This document shows, piece after piece, positions 1-10,080 of a stretch of DNA of 64,000 nt. The notes under the pieces were generated by a model, which was not told the DNA's origin, made no database searches, and was given only the letters and a program-made list of their open reading frames with translations. A program made the translations under genes and the position numbers. Where the stretch lies: positions 1,605 to 65,604 of the forward strand of contig CACJCN010000007.1 in the NCBI GenBank assembly GCA_902591925.1, read 5' to 3'. This stretch comes from an uncultured SAR86 cluster bacterium. Its GTDB lineage: Bacteria; Pseudomonadota; Gammaproteobacteria; Magnimaribacterales; D2472. Each line of letters opens with the position of its first letter. Positions within the stretch are counted from its first letter, which is position 1.

Positions 1-1361
1 CAAAAATTAAAAATAAAAAAAATACTTTCTTGCTTGAATCTATTGAAGGTGGAGAAAAATGGGCTCAGTACTCAATAATCGGATTGGATTGCAAAGACTC
101 AATAAAAGTATCAGATAATAAAATTGAAATTAAAACAGCTCTGGGAACTAATCTGATTGAATGCAAAGAGCCCTTAAATGAACTGAATAAATTAATTGCT
201 GAATACAAGTCTCCAATTTTAGAGGGTATGCCACGATTTTATGGAGGATATGTCGGTTTTTTTGCATACGAAAGTGCTAAGTATGCTGAAAACAAAATTA
301 ATGCTCTTCAAAGAAAAGACTCAAAATTTGATGTTCATATGCCTGATATCTATTTGGTAAAGTCTGAAAAAATAATTGTTTACGACAATTTTAATAATAG
401 TATTCAAGCAATTTATAACGCAAACCCTCAAAAGACATCATATGAAGATGCTTTGGAAATCATTGATGAGATTCAAAACAGCATTGATCATTCTGGAGAA
501 CTTGAAGAAACTTCATATTCAAATATTACTGAGCAATTAGAATTTAAATCAAATTTTACAAAAAATGAGTACACGTCGTCTGTGAATAAAATTAAAGAGT
601 ATATAAAAGAAGGTGATGTAATGCAGGTTGTTCTAGCACAAGATTTTTATAAATCCTTTAACGGCGATTCATTTGAATTATATTCAGCCCTAAGACAGAT
701 AAACCCATCACCATATATGTATTACCTCAACCTTGATGAGTGTGAGGTGGTCGGATCTTCACCTGAGATATTGGTTAGATTAGAAGATAGCAATATTACT
801 CTTAGACCAATTGCAGGTACGAGAAAAAGAGGCGCAAACGAAGAAGAGGATAAAAATAATGAGAAAGATTTATTAAATGATCCAAAAGAGTTAGCTGAGC
901 ATCTTATGCTTATTGATCTTGGAAGAAATGATGTTGGAAGAGTTTCTGAAATTGGTAGCGTGAAACTAACTGAAAAAATGGTGATCGAAAGATACTCCCA
1001 TGTCATGCATATAGTATCAAACGTAGTAGGCAAATTATCCAAGGGATTAAATTTTACTGATGCTCTTAAAGCTACTTTGCCAGCTGGGACTCTTTCAGGC
1101 GCTCCAAAAATAAGAGCTATGGAAATAATCAATGAGCTTGAGCCAAGTTCAAGAGGTATATATGGCGGTGCAATAGGTTATATATCTTGGAATGGTAATA
1201 TTGATACTGCGATTGCCATAAGAACTGCCGTAATAAGGGATAACAAAATTCATGTTGGAGCCGGAGCAGGAATAGTTGCCGATTCAGATCCAGAAAAGGA
1301 ATGGGAGGAGTGTGTCCAAAAATCAAAAGTATTTTTAGACGCAATGGAGATGATTTTATGA
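1..1361 (+). CDS. trpE: Anthranilate synthase component I (TrpE), 5' end cut by window edge
   Basis: Frame is open from nt 3 (..KNTFLLESIEGGEKW), so the listed TTG at 30 is not the real start. Chorismate-binding blocks: IAGTRKRG, LMLIDLGRNDVGR, PAGTLSGAPKIRAMEII, RGIYGGAIGY. Stop overlaps the trpG start (ATGA, 1358-1361). Confidence 0.93.
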   Translation, partial: KIKNKKNTFLLESIEGGEKWAQYSIIGLDCKDSIKVSDNKIEIKTALGTNLIECKEPLNELNKLIAEYKSPILEGMPRFYGGYVGFFAYESAKYAENKINALQRKDSKFDVHMPDIYLVKSEKIIVYDNFNNSIQAIYNANPQKTSYEDALEIIDEIQNSIDHSGELEETSYSNITEQLEFKSNFTKNEYTSSVNKIKEYIKEGDVMQVVLAQDFYKSFNGDSFELYSALRQINPSPYMYYLNLDECEVVGSSPEILVRLEDSNITLRPIAGTRKRGANEEEDKNNEKDLLNDPKELAEHLMLIDLGRNDVGRVSEIGSVKLTEKMVIERYSHVMHIVSNVVGKLSKGLNFTDALKATLPAGTLSGAPKIRAMEIINELEPSSRGIYGGAIGYISWNGNIDTAIAIRTAVIRDNKIHVGAGAGIVADSDPEKEWEECVQKSKVFLDAMEMIL

Positions 1362-1924
1362 TCATTGTTATAGATAATTATGATAGTTTCACATATAACC
1401 TAGTTCATTATCTTGGTGAGTTTGAACAAGACATCAAAGTCATAAGGAATGATGAAATGTCTGTACCTGAAATTATGGATAATAATCCAAGCAAGATTGT
1501 AATATCACCAGGTCCATGCACTCCAAAAGAAGCAGGCATATCAGTTGAACTCATTAAGACTGCAGAAGTTCCAATTCTTGGAGTGTGTTTAGGACATCAA
1601 GCAATTGGTGCAGCTTTTGGTGGAAATATTATTAAGGCACCAGAAGTTTTTCACGGAAAAACTTCTAGCATTGATCATGATGGTAGCCTTCTTTTTAGTG
1701 AAATTGAAAAATCTTATGATGTTGTAAGATACCATAGCCTAATAATTGATATGAAAACTTTACCAAGCGAACTCAATGTGACTGCAACTTTGAGTGATGA
1801 TAAGGAGATAATCATGGCGGTTGAGCATATCAATAGACCAATTTATGGTGTTCAGTTTCATCCTGAATCAATTGATACAAATAATGGCACAAAGCTTATA
1901 GAAAACTTTATTAAGAAAATATGA
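1358..1924 (+). CDS. trpG: Anthranilate synthase component II / glutamine amidotransferase (TrpG)
   Basis: MIIVIDNYDSFTYNLV N-terminus and class-I GATase triad context (GVCLGHQAIG, VQFHPES). I moved the start from 1301 to the ATG at 1358, which overlaps the trpE stop. Confidence 0.93.
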   Translation: MIIVIDNYDSFTYNLVHYLGEFEQDIKVIRNDEMSVPEIMDNNPSKIVISPGPCTPKEAGISVELIKTAEVPILGVCLGHQAIGAAFGGNIIKAPEVFHGKTSSIDHDGSLLFSEIEKSYDVVRYHSLIIDMKTLPSELNVTATLSDDKEIIMAVEHINRPIYGVQFHPESIDTNNGTKLIENFIKKI

Positions 1925-2928
1925 AAGACTTTATTAACAAAATAAATAATAAAGAAGATCTAACTCTTAACGAGATGCAAGAAGCCATTAATTTAATAAT
2001 GTCTGGTATGTCTGATGATGACGATATTGAATCTTTTCTTATTGGATTAAATGAAAAGGGTGTGTCAGAGACTGAAGTTACTGCTGCTGCAATTGTTATG
2101 AAAGAAAAATCTTTAAAATTTGACATAGGCGATGGTTCACATATTGATACTTGTGGAACAGGCGGAACAGGTCTACATACTTTTAATTGCTCAACAGCCT
2201 CATCTTTTGTTGCTGCAGCTGCAGGAGCAAAAATTACTAAGCATGGTAATAAAGCAATTTCTAGCAAATCTGGTAGTGCAGACTTTCTTGCACAGTCAGG
2301 TGCAAATATTAATCATGATAGAGAAAAATTAATATCAATTTTCGATAAAGTTGGATTCGTATTTTTATTTGCACCACTTCATCATGAAGCCATGAAGTTC
2401 GTGATGCCAGTTAGACAAAAGATTGCTGAAAAAACTATTTTCAATTTGCTAGGACCGCATACTAATCCATGCAGTGCAAAAAAACAGGTCTTAGGAGTTT
2501 ACGATGAGAAGCTTGTAAAAATGTTTTCTAATGTTGCAAAAAATCTTGATATGAAACATGTCATGATTGTTCACGGCGATGATGGTATTGATGAGATTTC
2601 AATTTGTGCAGAAACCACTGTTTCGGAATTAAAAGACAATAATATTAGCGAATATAAAATTTCTCCAAAAGATTATGGACTAAACCTATCTTCATTTGAT
2701 CAAATTACTGCGAATTCTTCGGACGAAAGTCTTTTACTTGTGAATAGCGCATTTAATGGAGAGAGTTCTGCTGTGCAGGACATGATCGCATTAAATAGCG
2801 GGGCTGCTTTATATATAGCAAGTGTAGTTAACTCTATAAGAGATGGCGTAGAAATGGCATTTGATTGTATGAATAACGGACAAGCTGCACAAAAATTAGC
2901 AGACTACGTGAGGGTTTCAAACGAATAA
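1921..2928 (+). CDS. trpD: Anthranilate phosphoribosyltransferase (TrpD)
   Basis: DTCGTGGTGLHTFNCSTASSFVAAAAGAKITKHGNKAISSKSGSADFL glycine-rich PRPP motif. ATGA overlap with the trpG stop. Confidence 0.95.
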   Translation: MKDFINKINNKEDLTLNEMQEAINLIMSGMSDDDDIESFLIGLNEKGVSETEVTAAAIVMKEKSLKFDIGDGSHIDTCGTGGTGLHTFNCSTASSFVAAAAGAKITKHGNKAISSKSGSADFLAQSGANINHDREKLISIFDKVGFVFLFAPLHHEAMKFVMPVRQKIAEKTIFNLLGPHTNPCSAKKQVLGVYDEKLVKMFSNVAKNLDMKHVMIVHGDDGIDEISICAETTVSELKDNNISEYKISPKDYGLNLSSFDQITANSSDESLLLVNSAFNGESSAVQDMIALNSGAALYIASVVNSIRDGVEMAFDCMNNGQAAQKLADYVRVSNE

Positions 2929-3683
2929 TGAATATTCTTGATGAAATAGTAGCAAAAACAAAATCTAAACTTGAAGAAAAAAAACAAGGACTATCGCTTG
3001 AAGAATTGATTTCTAAAATAGATTTCAAGAATCTTAAAGAAACAAATTTTAAGAAAAGTCTTCAGAATAAGGCTGAAGCAATTATTGCTGAGATTAAGAA
3101 AGCATCTCCAAGCGCAGGCATTATCAATGACAATTTTGATCCAGTTTTAAAATCAAAAGAATATGAATCTTTTGGAGCCTCGGCACTTTCTATTCTCACA
3201 GAGGAAGATTATTTTTTAGGAAACATTGAGTATCTTAAGGATGTCAAAGCAATTACAAGTCTTCCAATTCTCAGAAAAGATTTTATAGTTGATGAGTATC
3301 AAATATATGAGTCAAAGTTGATTGGAGCAGATTGTATTTTACTCATTGCTTCAATACTAAATGACGAAGAATTAAAAAACTTTTCAGAAATAGCAGAAAG
3401 ACTCAAGCTTGATTATATTATTGAGGTTCATGATGAGGAGGAATTACAAAGAGTACAACATTTCTCTAATGCAATTATTGGAGTCAATAATAGAAATTTA
3501 AAAACTTTTGATGTCGATATTAATAATTCAGTTGAACTAAAAAAAATTTTTGATGGACAAAATACTTTTATTGCTGAATCGGGCATAAAAAGCAAAAAAG
3601 ATATTGAGTACCTCAAACAACATAATATTAATGTTTTTCTAATTGGTGAAAGCTTGATGAAAGGAGATTTTTTTGAAACTTAG
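2928..3683 (+). CDS. trpC: Indole-3-glycerol phosphate synthase (TrpC)
   Basis: IIAEIKKASPSAG, LSILTEEDYFLG, PILRKDFIVDEYQIYES, IGVNNRNLKTF. TAATG overlap with trpD. Confidence 0.93.
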   Translation: MNILDEIVAKTKSKLEEKKQGLSLEELISKIDFKNLKETNFKKSLQNKAEAIIAEIKKASPSAGIINDNFDPVLKSKEYESFGASALSILTEEDYFLGNIEYLKDVKAITSLPILRKDFIVDEYQIYESKLIGADCILLIASILNDEELKNFSEIAERLKLDYIIEVHDEEELQRVQHFSNAIIGVNNRNLKTFDVDINNSVELKKIFDGQNTFIAESGIKSKKDIEYLKQHNINVFLIGESLMKGDFFET

Positions 3684-4842
3684 GGAATGGCAAGAGAAGG
3701 CTTTTCCACTTTGGTGGGCAAAAAAAAGAGGTATCATTAAAGTTGTTACTGGCGGCGGCAAAACATTCTTTGCTATCCATTGTTTAAAACAATATTTAGA
3801 GGATGATCCTCAAAAGTCTATTTTAATTGTTGTTCCCTCAATAGCTCTTCTAGACCAATGGTATGAAAGTCTCTCACAAGAATTTAAACCAAAAGACATT
3901 TCACTTAACGGAGGAGGAGAGCAGACCAACGAACTCAAAAAAATATGCATTACAACTATCGATTCGTTAAAAAATATTATTGAAGAGGTTAATTATCAAA
4001 ATACGCTACTAATAGTTGATGAATGTCACAAAATAGGAACAGAAAAAAGAGGAGAAATGCTCACCAATAACTGGAATGCCACTCTTGGATTGTCAGCTAC
4101 TCCTGAGAGAGACTATGATGATAATTTTTATATCATTATTAAAAAAATACTTGGCGACATAATTTTTGATTACGATTACATAGATGCCAGAGAAGACGAA
4201 GTAATTGTTAATTTTAAACTTTTGTACGGTTATGCTGCATTGCTTCCTGAAGAAGAAGAAAAGTATAAGAAATTTACAAAGAGCATACAAAGAAGAGCAG
4301 CCACTATAGGCGGTCAAGATATGAACGATTATCCTTTGAAAATGCTAATTTTCAATAGAGCAAGATTAGTTAAAAATTCTAAAAATAGAATTCCCTATGG
4401 AGTTGAATTAATCCAGAAACATAAAAGAGAAAGTTGGATTGTTTTTACGGAGAACAAAAAACAAGCAAAAGAGTTTGACAAAATAATTAATAAAAAAGGT
4501 TTTAAGTCTGGTATTTACAATACAGATCTTAAAGACGATGAAAGACAAGAAAATCTTGAAGCTTTTAAATCAGGTAAATTAAATGTTCTCGTAAGTTGCA
4601 CAGCACTTGATGAAGGTTTTGATATGCCTGAAGCAGATGGAGCAATGATCTTAAGTGCATCTTCATCAAAAAGGCAAAGAATACAAAGGATGGGTAGGGT
4701 GCTTAGAATAACTGCTAACAAGGAAAATGCTTTAATAGTAACTGTTTATTCATCAAAAACTGAGTACGAAAAATTACGAGAAGAATCAAATAGATATAAG
4801 CTAGAAGGTGTCCCAATTAAGTGGCAGCAAATGAGTCTATAA
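3673..4842 (+). CDS. Superfamily-2 DEAD/DEAH-box helicase (XPB/Ssl2 / type III restriction res-subunit-like core)
   Basis: Walker A TGGGKT, motif II DECH, motif III SATPER, C-terminal helicase motifs (ALDEGFDMPE, QRMGRVLR). TTG start at 3673 is preceded by AAGGAG (3661-3666) and overlaps the trpC end by 11 nt. Confidence 0.8.
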   Translation: MKLREWQEKAFPLWWAKKRGIIKVVTGGGKTFFAIHCLKQYLEDDPQKSILIVVPSIALLDQWYESLSQEFKPKDISLNGGGEQTNELKKICITTIDSLKNIIEEVNYQNTLLIVDECHKIGTEKRGEMLTNNWNATLGLSATPERDYDDNFYIIIKKILGDIIFDYDYIDAREDEVIVNFKLLYGYAALLPEEEEKYKKFTKSIQRRAATIGGQDMNDYPLKMLIFNRARLVKNSKNRIPYGVELIQKHKRESWIVFTENKKQAKEFDKIINKKGFKSGIYNTDLKDDERQENLEAFKSGKLNVLVSCTALDEGFDMPEADGAMILSASSSKRQRIQRMGRVLRITANKENALIVTVYSSKTEYEKLREESNRYKLEGVPIKWQQMSL

Positions 4843-4849
4843 TATTTAT

Positions 4850-5407
4850 ATGGCTTTAACTTACTCAAGCATGTTGGATCTTCAAACAGATCTCATTGAA
4901 TTTGATTTATTAAATTCAATAACAGGAGAAACTTTTGCATCTAATTCTCTTGAAGATAACAAACCAACTTTAATAATGTTTATATGTAACCATTGTCCAT
5001 ATGTTATTCACTATCATGGAGAAATTGTTCGGTTATCAAACGACTATAATCAAAAAATTAATATGGTTGCAATTAGCTCCAACGATATTATTGAATACCC
5101 TCAAGATAACCCAGAAAGAATGAAAGAATTATGGAATTCTTTGAATTTGTCTTTTCCATATTTATTCGATGAAACACAAGAAATAGCAAAAAAATATAAA
5201 GCTGAATGTACTCCAGAGTTCTATTTATTTAATCAACAAAATAAGCTTGAATATCGTGGAAGAATGGATGAAACTTCACCCAGTTCTGACAAAAAACCCT
5301 CCGGCAAAGATTTAAGATTAGCAATTGATAATTTACTCAGCAATCAACCCGTCTGTGAAGAGCAGTTACCGTCTATGGGATGTAATATTAAATGGAAGGC
5401 TAATTAG
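4850..5407 (+). CDS. Thioredoxin-fold (AhpC/TSA/TlpA-like) protein, cytoplasmic
   Basis: CxxC motif (FICNHCPYV) in a redoxin-like context and a conserved C-terminal GCNIKWK. No signal peptide. Confidence 0.7.
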   Translation: MALTYSSMLDLQTDLIEFDLLNSITGETFASNSLEDNKPTLIMFICNHCPYVIHYHGEIVRLSNDYNQKINMVAISSNDIIEYPQDNPERMKELWNSLNLSFPYLFDETQEIAKKYKAECTPEFYLFNQQNKLEYRGRMDETSPSSDKKPSGKDLRLAIDNLLSNQPVCEEQLPSMGCNIKWKAN

Positions 5408-6818
5408 TTTTAACATTTCTTTTTCTTCTGCTTCCATGTTTTAAGTATACTCTTCTTGCTTCTTCTTTGAACTCTTTACTTTTTCTTATTCCCCAAACTT
5501 TATCACGAGCAAACTTAGCAGAGACTTTAAGATCAACTATTTGAGGTAAGTATATGTCATTTAATTCTGCGCTGTGAATGAGCCTTGGTTCAACATTATT
5601 AAGCTGAGGCAGAAGATTTTTTATCCACTCTGCACTTAGATCTTGATCCATACTTTGCTTTGGAATTGAATATATTCTTGGTAAGTTTATACCAGTAACA
5701 CCACTTTGCATTTGAACCTGACTGATATGAATTCCTGGCTCATAATCTGTAAAAAGTTCTGCTAGAAGAGGTGATGTCTTTTGCCATGGTTGCCACATAT
5801 TATATGAAGCAAATGACATGATCATTGCTCTCATTCTAAAGTTAATCCATCCATTGATTTTTAAAAATTTCATACAAGCATCCAAAAACGGGAATCCAGT
5901 TTCACCCTTAATCCATTTATCAATCATTTCGTTATCATGCTCAGTTCTTAACTCATCGCACATTCGATGCATAGAATTAAACTCAAGTTCCGGCTCTGTA
6001 TGGAGTTTTTGAACAAAATGACAATGCCAATATAGCCTTTTTTTAAAAGAATACAGATCTTTCTTATTATCAAGTGACGGAAGTAATTCATTAAGCCTTT
6101 GGTAAACTTGCCTTATTGATATTGAGCCATATGTAAAATGTGGCGATAATCTTGAGCAACTATCCTCTGAAAGACTAGGACTGGACATTTTTACTCTGTA
6201 ATCTTCGCATCTTTCATATAAAAAACTTTCTAAAAGTTCATTTGCAACTGATGTTCCACCTTTTTGGATATGCTCCATATTAGTAAATTTACTTTTAATT
6301 TTATTGTTATGTTCATTAAACTTAATAAGATTTGTTTCAGCTGAATTTTTATTTATTTTAGGCGCATCTATTAAACTACTATGCATAACATGATTCCAAT
6401 TCTTGGACCATGTATCTCTATCAAAATTAGTTAGTTGTAATCCAAAATCATCATATACTTTTAGCCTGTCTCCAAAGTCTTGTTTGAATTTTTCAAATCC
6501 TTTTCTGAAATAATCAATATCTGTGCAGTGATTGATGTGTATAAAGCAATCATTGACATTTATTTTTATCCATTTTTTAAGATCATCGAATGAACCTTCA
6601 AATATATTTACCTCAGAGCCAATTTTCTTAAGGTTATCATCTAATTCTTGAAGACAATCATATGAGAATTTTAGCTGTCTGACAGACTTACCATTTGCTT
6701 TCCAATAATTTTCATCATAAAGATGAATAACAATATAATTCGAATTTAGAGAACCATAGTATAGAGCTGCATTATCATGCAACCTCAAGTTTCTATTTAA
6801 AATAACTATATCAATCAT
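5400..6818 (-). CDS. Cryptochrome/photolyase family FAD-binding protein (subclass unresolved)
   Basis: N-terminal photolyase alpha/beta domain (NRNLRLHDNAALYY). Same layout as PhrB: GGTSVA..L..F...R...Y, SRLSPHFTYGSISIRQV, GFPFLDACMKFL..NGWINFRMRAM. Divergent signatures LYWHCHFVQKL and YEPGIHISQVQMQSG. Confidence 0.8.
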   Translation of the reverse strand: MIDIVILNRNLRLHDNAALYYGSLNSNYIVIHLYDENYWKANGKSVRQLKFSYDCLQELDDNLKKIGSEVNIFEGSFDDLKKWIKINVNDCFIHINHCTDIDYFRKGFEKFKQDFGDRLKVYDDFGLQLTNFDRDTWSKNWNHVMHSSLIDAPKINKNSAETNLIKFNEHNNKIKSKFTNMEHIQKGGTSVANELLESFLYERCEDYRVKMSSPSLSEDSCSRLSPHFTYGSISIRQVYQRLNELLPSLDNKKDLYSFKKRLYWHCHFVQKLHTEPELEFNSMHRMCDELRTEHDNEMIDKWIKGETGFPFLDACMKFLKINGWINFRMRAMIMSFASYNMWQPWQKTSPLLAELFTDYEPGIHISQVQMQSGVTGINLPRIYSIPKQSMDQDLSAEWIKNLLPQLNNVEPRLIHSAELNDIYLPQIVDLKVSAKFARDKVWGIRKSKEFKEEARRVYLKHGSRRKRNVKTN

Positions 6819-6851
6819 TATAAAAATAATTTGATTTGAATAATTTCTAAA

Positions 6852-8168
6852 TTATATTTCTTCGTCTAAGTTTGACTTATATGTCTCGGTTAGAAGCATT
6901 ACAGAAATTAATGTAAGCATAGATGCAAAGGCAATATAAGCCGATACCCAAACAATATCAAAATCAGTCCATAACTTTACAGCTATTGTTGGTGCAAAGG
7001 CACCTCCAACGATCGCACCAAATTGATAACCTAGCGTCGCGCCAGAATATCTTACTTCAGTGCTAAATAGCTCTGTAAAAAATGCTGCCTGAGGACCATA
7101 CATCATTGCTAAAAATATTAATCCAAAGGTTAATGCAAGTACTATTAACCAGAAATTTCCAGTATCGACTAAAGGAAAAATTGCAAAAGCCCATGCTCCA
7201 GAAAGTATTGCTCCGAGCATAAATATTCCTTTTCTACCGTTTCTATCTGAATATGAAGAGAACATAAACTGAAGCGGTACCATAATGGCACAGCCAATAA
7301 GAACTGCAGTTAACATATCGTCTCTTTCCATGTTTGCACTTGAAACTCCATAAGCGAGCATAAATGCAATCAAAATATAGAAGGTTACTTGGACTGATAA
7401 AAAAGCACCTGCAGCAAGCATGATTCTTTTCGGATACCTTCTTATTGCTTCAACAACAGGAGAACTTTTTACTTTTTCATTTGAATTATTATCTGAATTT
7501 GTTGCTAGTGCTTTAAAAGCTTTAGTATCTTCAAGATTAAGTTGTATATACATACTTATCAGAATAAGTACTGCACTTGCTAAGAAAGGTATTCTCCAAC
7601 CCCATGTATTAAAAAATTCTTCAGATACTAATGCGCTTGTAATGATTAGTGCTAAGTTGGCTAAGATTACTCCAATTGGAGCGCCAGCCTGTGCAAAGGC
7701 ACCATAATATCCTCTTTGATTTGAAGGAGCGCTCTCTGTAACCAATAACATAGCACCTCCCCATTGACCACCGATTGCAAGACCTTGAGCAAATCTCAGA
7801 AGTGTGAGGAGAATAGGGGCGGTAACTCCAATCATTGCATAGGTTGGTAATAGTCCTATTAAGGTTGAAGATATGCCCATTAACATTAAAGCTGCAATGA
7901 GAGTTTTTTTTCTTCCAACCCTATCACCAAAGTGTCCAAAAATTATTCCACCTATTGGCCTTGCTATAAAACCCGCAGCAAATGTTAATAAAGATAGAAT
8001 TAAAGCTGTTGTCTCAGGTACTTCTCCAAAAAAAGCAGTTGGAAATATTAAAGCTGCTGCAGCACCATAGAGAAAAAAGTCATACCACTCAATACTAGTT
8101 CCAGCTAGAGCGGTTAATGCAACCTTTCTCATGTTTTTATCTTGGTTTACTGATGTGGATTGATTCAT
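6852..8168 (-). CDS. MFS transporter, metabolite:H+ symporter (MHS/ProP-like) family
   Basis: 12-TM profile. EWYDFFLYG N-terminal MHS signature and GHFGDRVGRKKTL loop 2-3 motif. Confidence 0.85.
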   Translation of the reverse strand: MNQSTSVNQDKNMRKVALTALAGTSIEWYDFFLYGAAAALIFPTAFFGEVPETTALILSLLTFAAGFIARPIGGIIFGHFGDRVGRKKTLIAALMLMGISSTLIGLLPTYAMIGVTAPILLTLLRFAQGLAIGGQWGGAMLLVTESAPSNQRGYYGAFAQAGAPIGVILANLALIITSALVSEEFFNTWGWRIPFLASAVLILISMYIQLNLEDTKAFKALATNSDNNSNEKVKSSPVVEAIRRYPKRIMLAAGAFLSVQVTFYILIAFMLAYGVSSANMERDDMLTAVLIGCAIMVPLQFMFSSYSDRNGRKGIFMLGAILSGAWAFAIFPLVDTGNFWLIVLALTFGLIFLAMMYGPQAAFFTELFSTEVRYSGATLGYQFGAIVGGAFAPTIAVKLWTDFDIVWVSAYIAFASMLTLISVMLLTETYKSNLDEEI

Positions 8169-8179
8169 TTAGATATTAA

Positions 8180-8815
8180 TTAGATATAAGCACTTGTAGA
8201 AGTCATAACCTTTGCAGTGACTTCCATTACTTTTTTTGTAGGCGATTCTAATTCTTCTGCACCTGATTCATTTGCTTGACCAGCATGCAGATCTTCATCA
8301 GCTTGCATGGTCTTTAATATCTCAATAGTCTCTTTATCTTTCTCTGAAATTTTATCTAAGTGTTTTTGAAGATGTATAACTACCTGTTTTTCTGTTTCTT
8401 CAACAAATCCAAGACTTGTCTTTTCTCCCATAGAACCAAAAATAGCTCCAATGGTAAACGACCCAGCATACCAAAGGGGGTTTAGAATTGAACTATTACC
8501 ACCAAGCTCATCAAGTCTTTTTTTACACCAAACCAAATGATCTGTTTCTTCTTCACCAGCATGAATTAGATGTTCTTTTATTTTTGGATCTTTGCATACA
8601 AAAGCCTGTCCACGATAAAGTGCTTGTGCAGCAACTTCTCCAGCATGATTTATCCGCATCATTTGAATAGATAAATCTTTTTCTTTTTTTGAGAGCTCTT
8701 CAGTATTTTTTTCTTTTGGAGCAGGTGGGTACTCTCTGTCAGTTCCAGTTTTTTTGTCTGATAAAGTCCTTAAAGCTATATCAAGCTCATTAACAATACT
8801 ATTTAAAATGCTCAT
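8180..8815 (-). CDS. coq7: Demethoxyubiquinone hydroxylase (Coq7, diiron)
   Basis: MMRINHAGEVAAQALYRGQ, EETDHLVW and ADEDLHAGQA are the duplicated ExxH diiron motifs typical of Coq7. 4-nt overlap with purD. Confidence 0.88.
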   Translation of the reverse strand: MSILNSIVNELDIALRTLSDKKTGTDREYPPAPKEKNTEELSKKEKDLSIQMMRINHAGEVAAQALYRGQAFVCKDPKIKEHLIHAGEEETDHLVWCKKRLDELGGNSSILNPLWYAGSFTIGAIFGSMGEKTSLGFVEETEKQVVIHLQKHLDKISEKDKETIEILKTMQADEDLHAGQANESGAEELESPTKKVMEVTAKVMTSTSAYI

Positions 8816-10080
8816 TTAATTCCTTTGAATCCAATGTCGTTTCTGAAAAATGCACCGTCAAATTCGACATTATTTACGAGATTATATGCGTTTTTTTGTG
8901 CATCTTTCAAATCGCTTCCTAATGCTGTTGCACAAAAAACCCTACCTCCGTTTGTAAGTACTGTTTCATTTTCATATTTTGTTCCTGCATGAAACAACTT
9001 TGAATCTTTGATGTTATTTTCTTTTATAGAAACTTTTTTGTTGGATTCATAGTTTTCAGGATAGCCTTCAGAGGCAATTACAACTCCACATGAGTGTTTT
9101 TCAGTCCACTGAATTGAATATTTATCCAATTCATCATCAATAGCTGCTTTGCAAAGTTCAACCAAACTCGAATTAAGCCTTAATAAAATAGGCTGAGTTT
9201 CTGGATCACCAAATCTGCAATTAAATTCAAGAACTTTAATCTCATTATCTTTAATCATCAGCCCTGCATAAAGAAATCCTAAATAAGGCGAACCTTCATT
9301 AATTAAACCATTCATAGTCGGATACATAACCTCATTAAGAATCTTTTGATGAATTTCTTCAGTTACTATTGGTGCTGGAGAATAAGCACCCATTCCTCCG
9401 GTATTTAAACCGACATCACCATCTCCTACAGCCTTATGATCTTGACTTGTTGCCAAAGGAATTACCTTATCTTTACTTACTACAGCAATGAATGATGCTT
9501 CCTCACCTTCTAAAAATTCTTCGATTACGACTCGATTACCGGCAGTTCCAAAGGCCTTATCATTAAAAATACTATCAAGTGCTTTTATTGCTTCTTCAGA
9601 GTTTTGACAAATTATTACACCCTTACCAGCTGCTAAACCGTCAGCTTTGACGACTGTTGGAAAAGAAATCTCATTTAAATATGCTATTGAGCTATCAAAG
9701 TTGTCGAACGATTTGTATTTGGCTGTTGGAATGTTGTACTTCACAAAGAAATCTTTAGAAAAGGTTTTTGAACCCTCTAATTGAGCTGCATTTTTAGATG
9801 GACCGAAAGTTTTAATATTTTTACTCTGTAAAAAATCAGTTAAACCATCAACAAGTGGTTGTTCTGGACCAATAATGACAAGTTTTATTTTTTCTAATGA
9901 ACAAAATTCTTCAATTGAGCTAAATTCGTTTATGTCAAGTTCAACATTGCTTACTTTATCCTCTAAATGGGTTCCTGCATTACCAGGACAGACAAAAACA
10001 TGTTTGACAATATCATCTTGAGCACATTTCCAGGCCAAAGCATGTTCTCTTCCACCTGAACCAATTATCAGAACTTTCAT
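8812..10080 (-). CDS. purD: Phosphoribosylamine-glycine ligase (PurD)
   Basis: MKVLIIGSGGREHALAWK, ATP-grasp blocks (VVKADGLAAGKGV, LEFNCRFGDPETQ). Confidence 0.96.
   Translation of the reverse strand: MKVLIIGSGGREHALAWKCAQDDIVKHVFVCPGNAGTHLEDKVSNVELDINEFSSIEEFCSLEKIKLVIIGPEQPLVDGLTDFLQSKNIKTFGPSKNAAQLEGSKTFSKDFFVKYNIPTAKYKSFDNFDSSIAYLNEISFPTVVKADGLAAGKGVIICQNSEEAIKALDSIFNDKAFGTAGNRVVIEEFLEGEEASFIAVVSKDKVIPLATSQDHKAVGDGDVGLNTGGMGAYSPAPIVTEEIHQKILNEVMYPTMNGLINEGSPYLGFLYAGLMIKDNEIKVLEFNCRFGDPETQPILLRLNSSLVELCKAAIDDELDKYSIQWTEKHSCGVVIASEGYPENYESNKKVSIKENNIKDSKLFHAGTKYENETVLTNGGRVFCATALGSDLKDAQKNAYNLVNNVEFDGAFFRNDIGFKGIK

Noticed and set aside
722-1132. 136-aa minus-strand ORF inside trpE (and the similar 1129-1365 and 1911-2267 minus ORFs)
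   Set aside because: They lie entirely antisense to strongly supported trp genes. They have low-complexity Ser/Leu/Ile-rich translations and no motifs. These are typical shadow ORFs.
1301-1357. Upstream extension of trpG (start at 1301)
   Set aside because: The extension overlaps the trpE 3' end in another frame. The conserved TrpG N-terminus MIIVIDNYDSFT begins at the ATG at 1358, which forms an ATGA overlap with the trpE stop.
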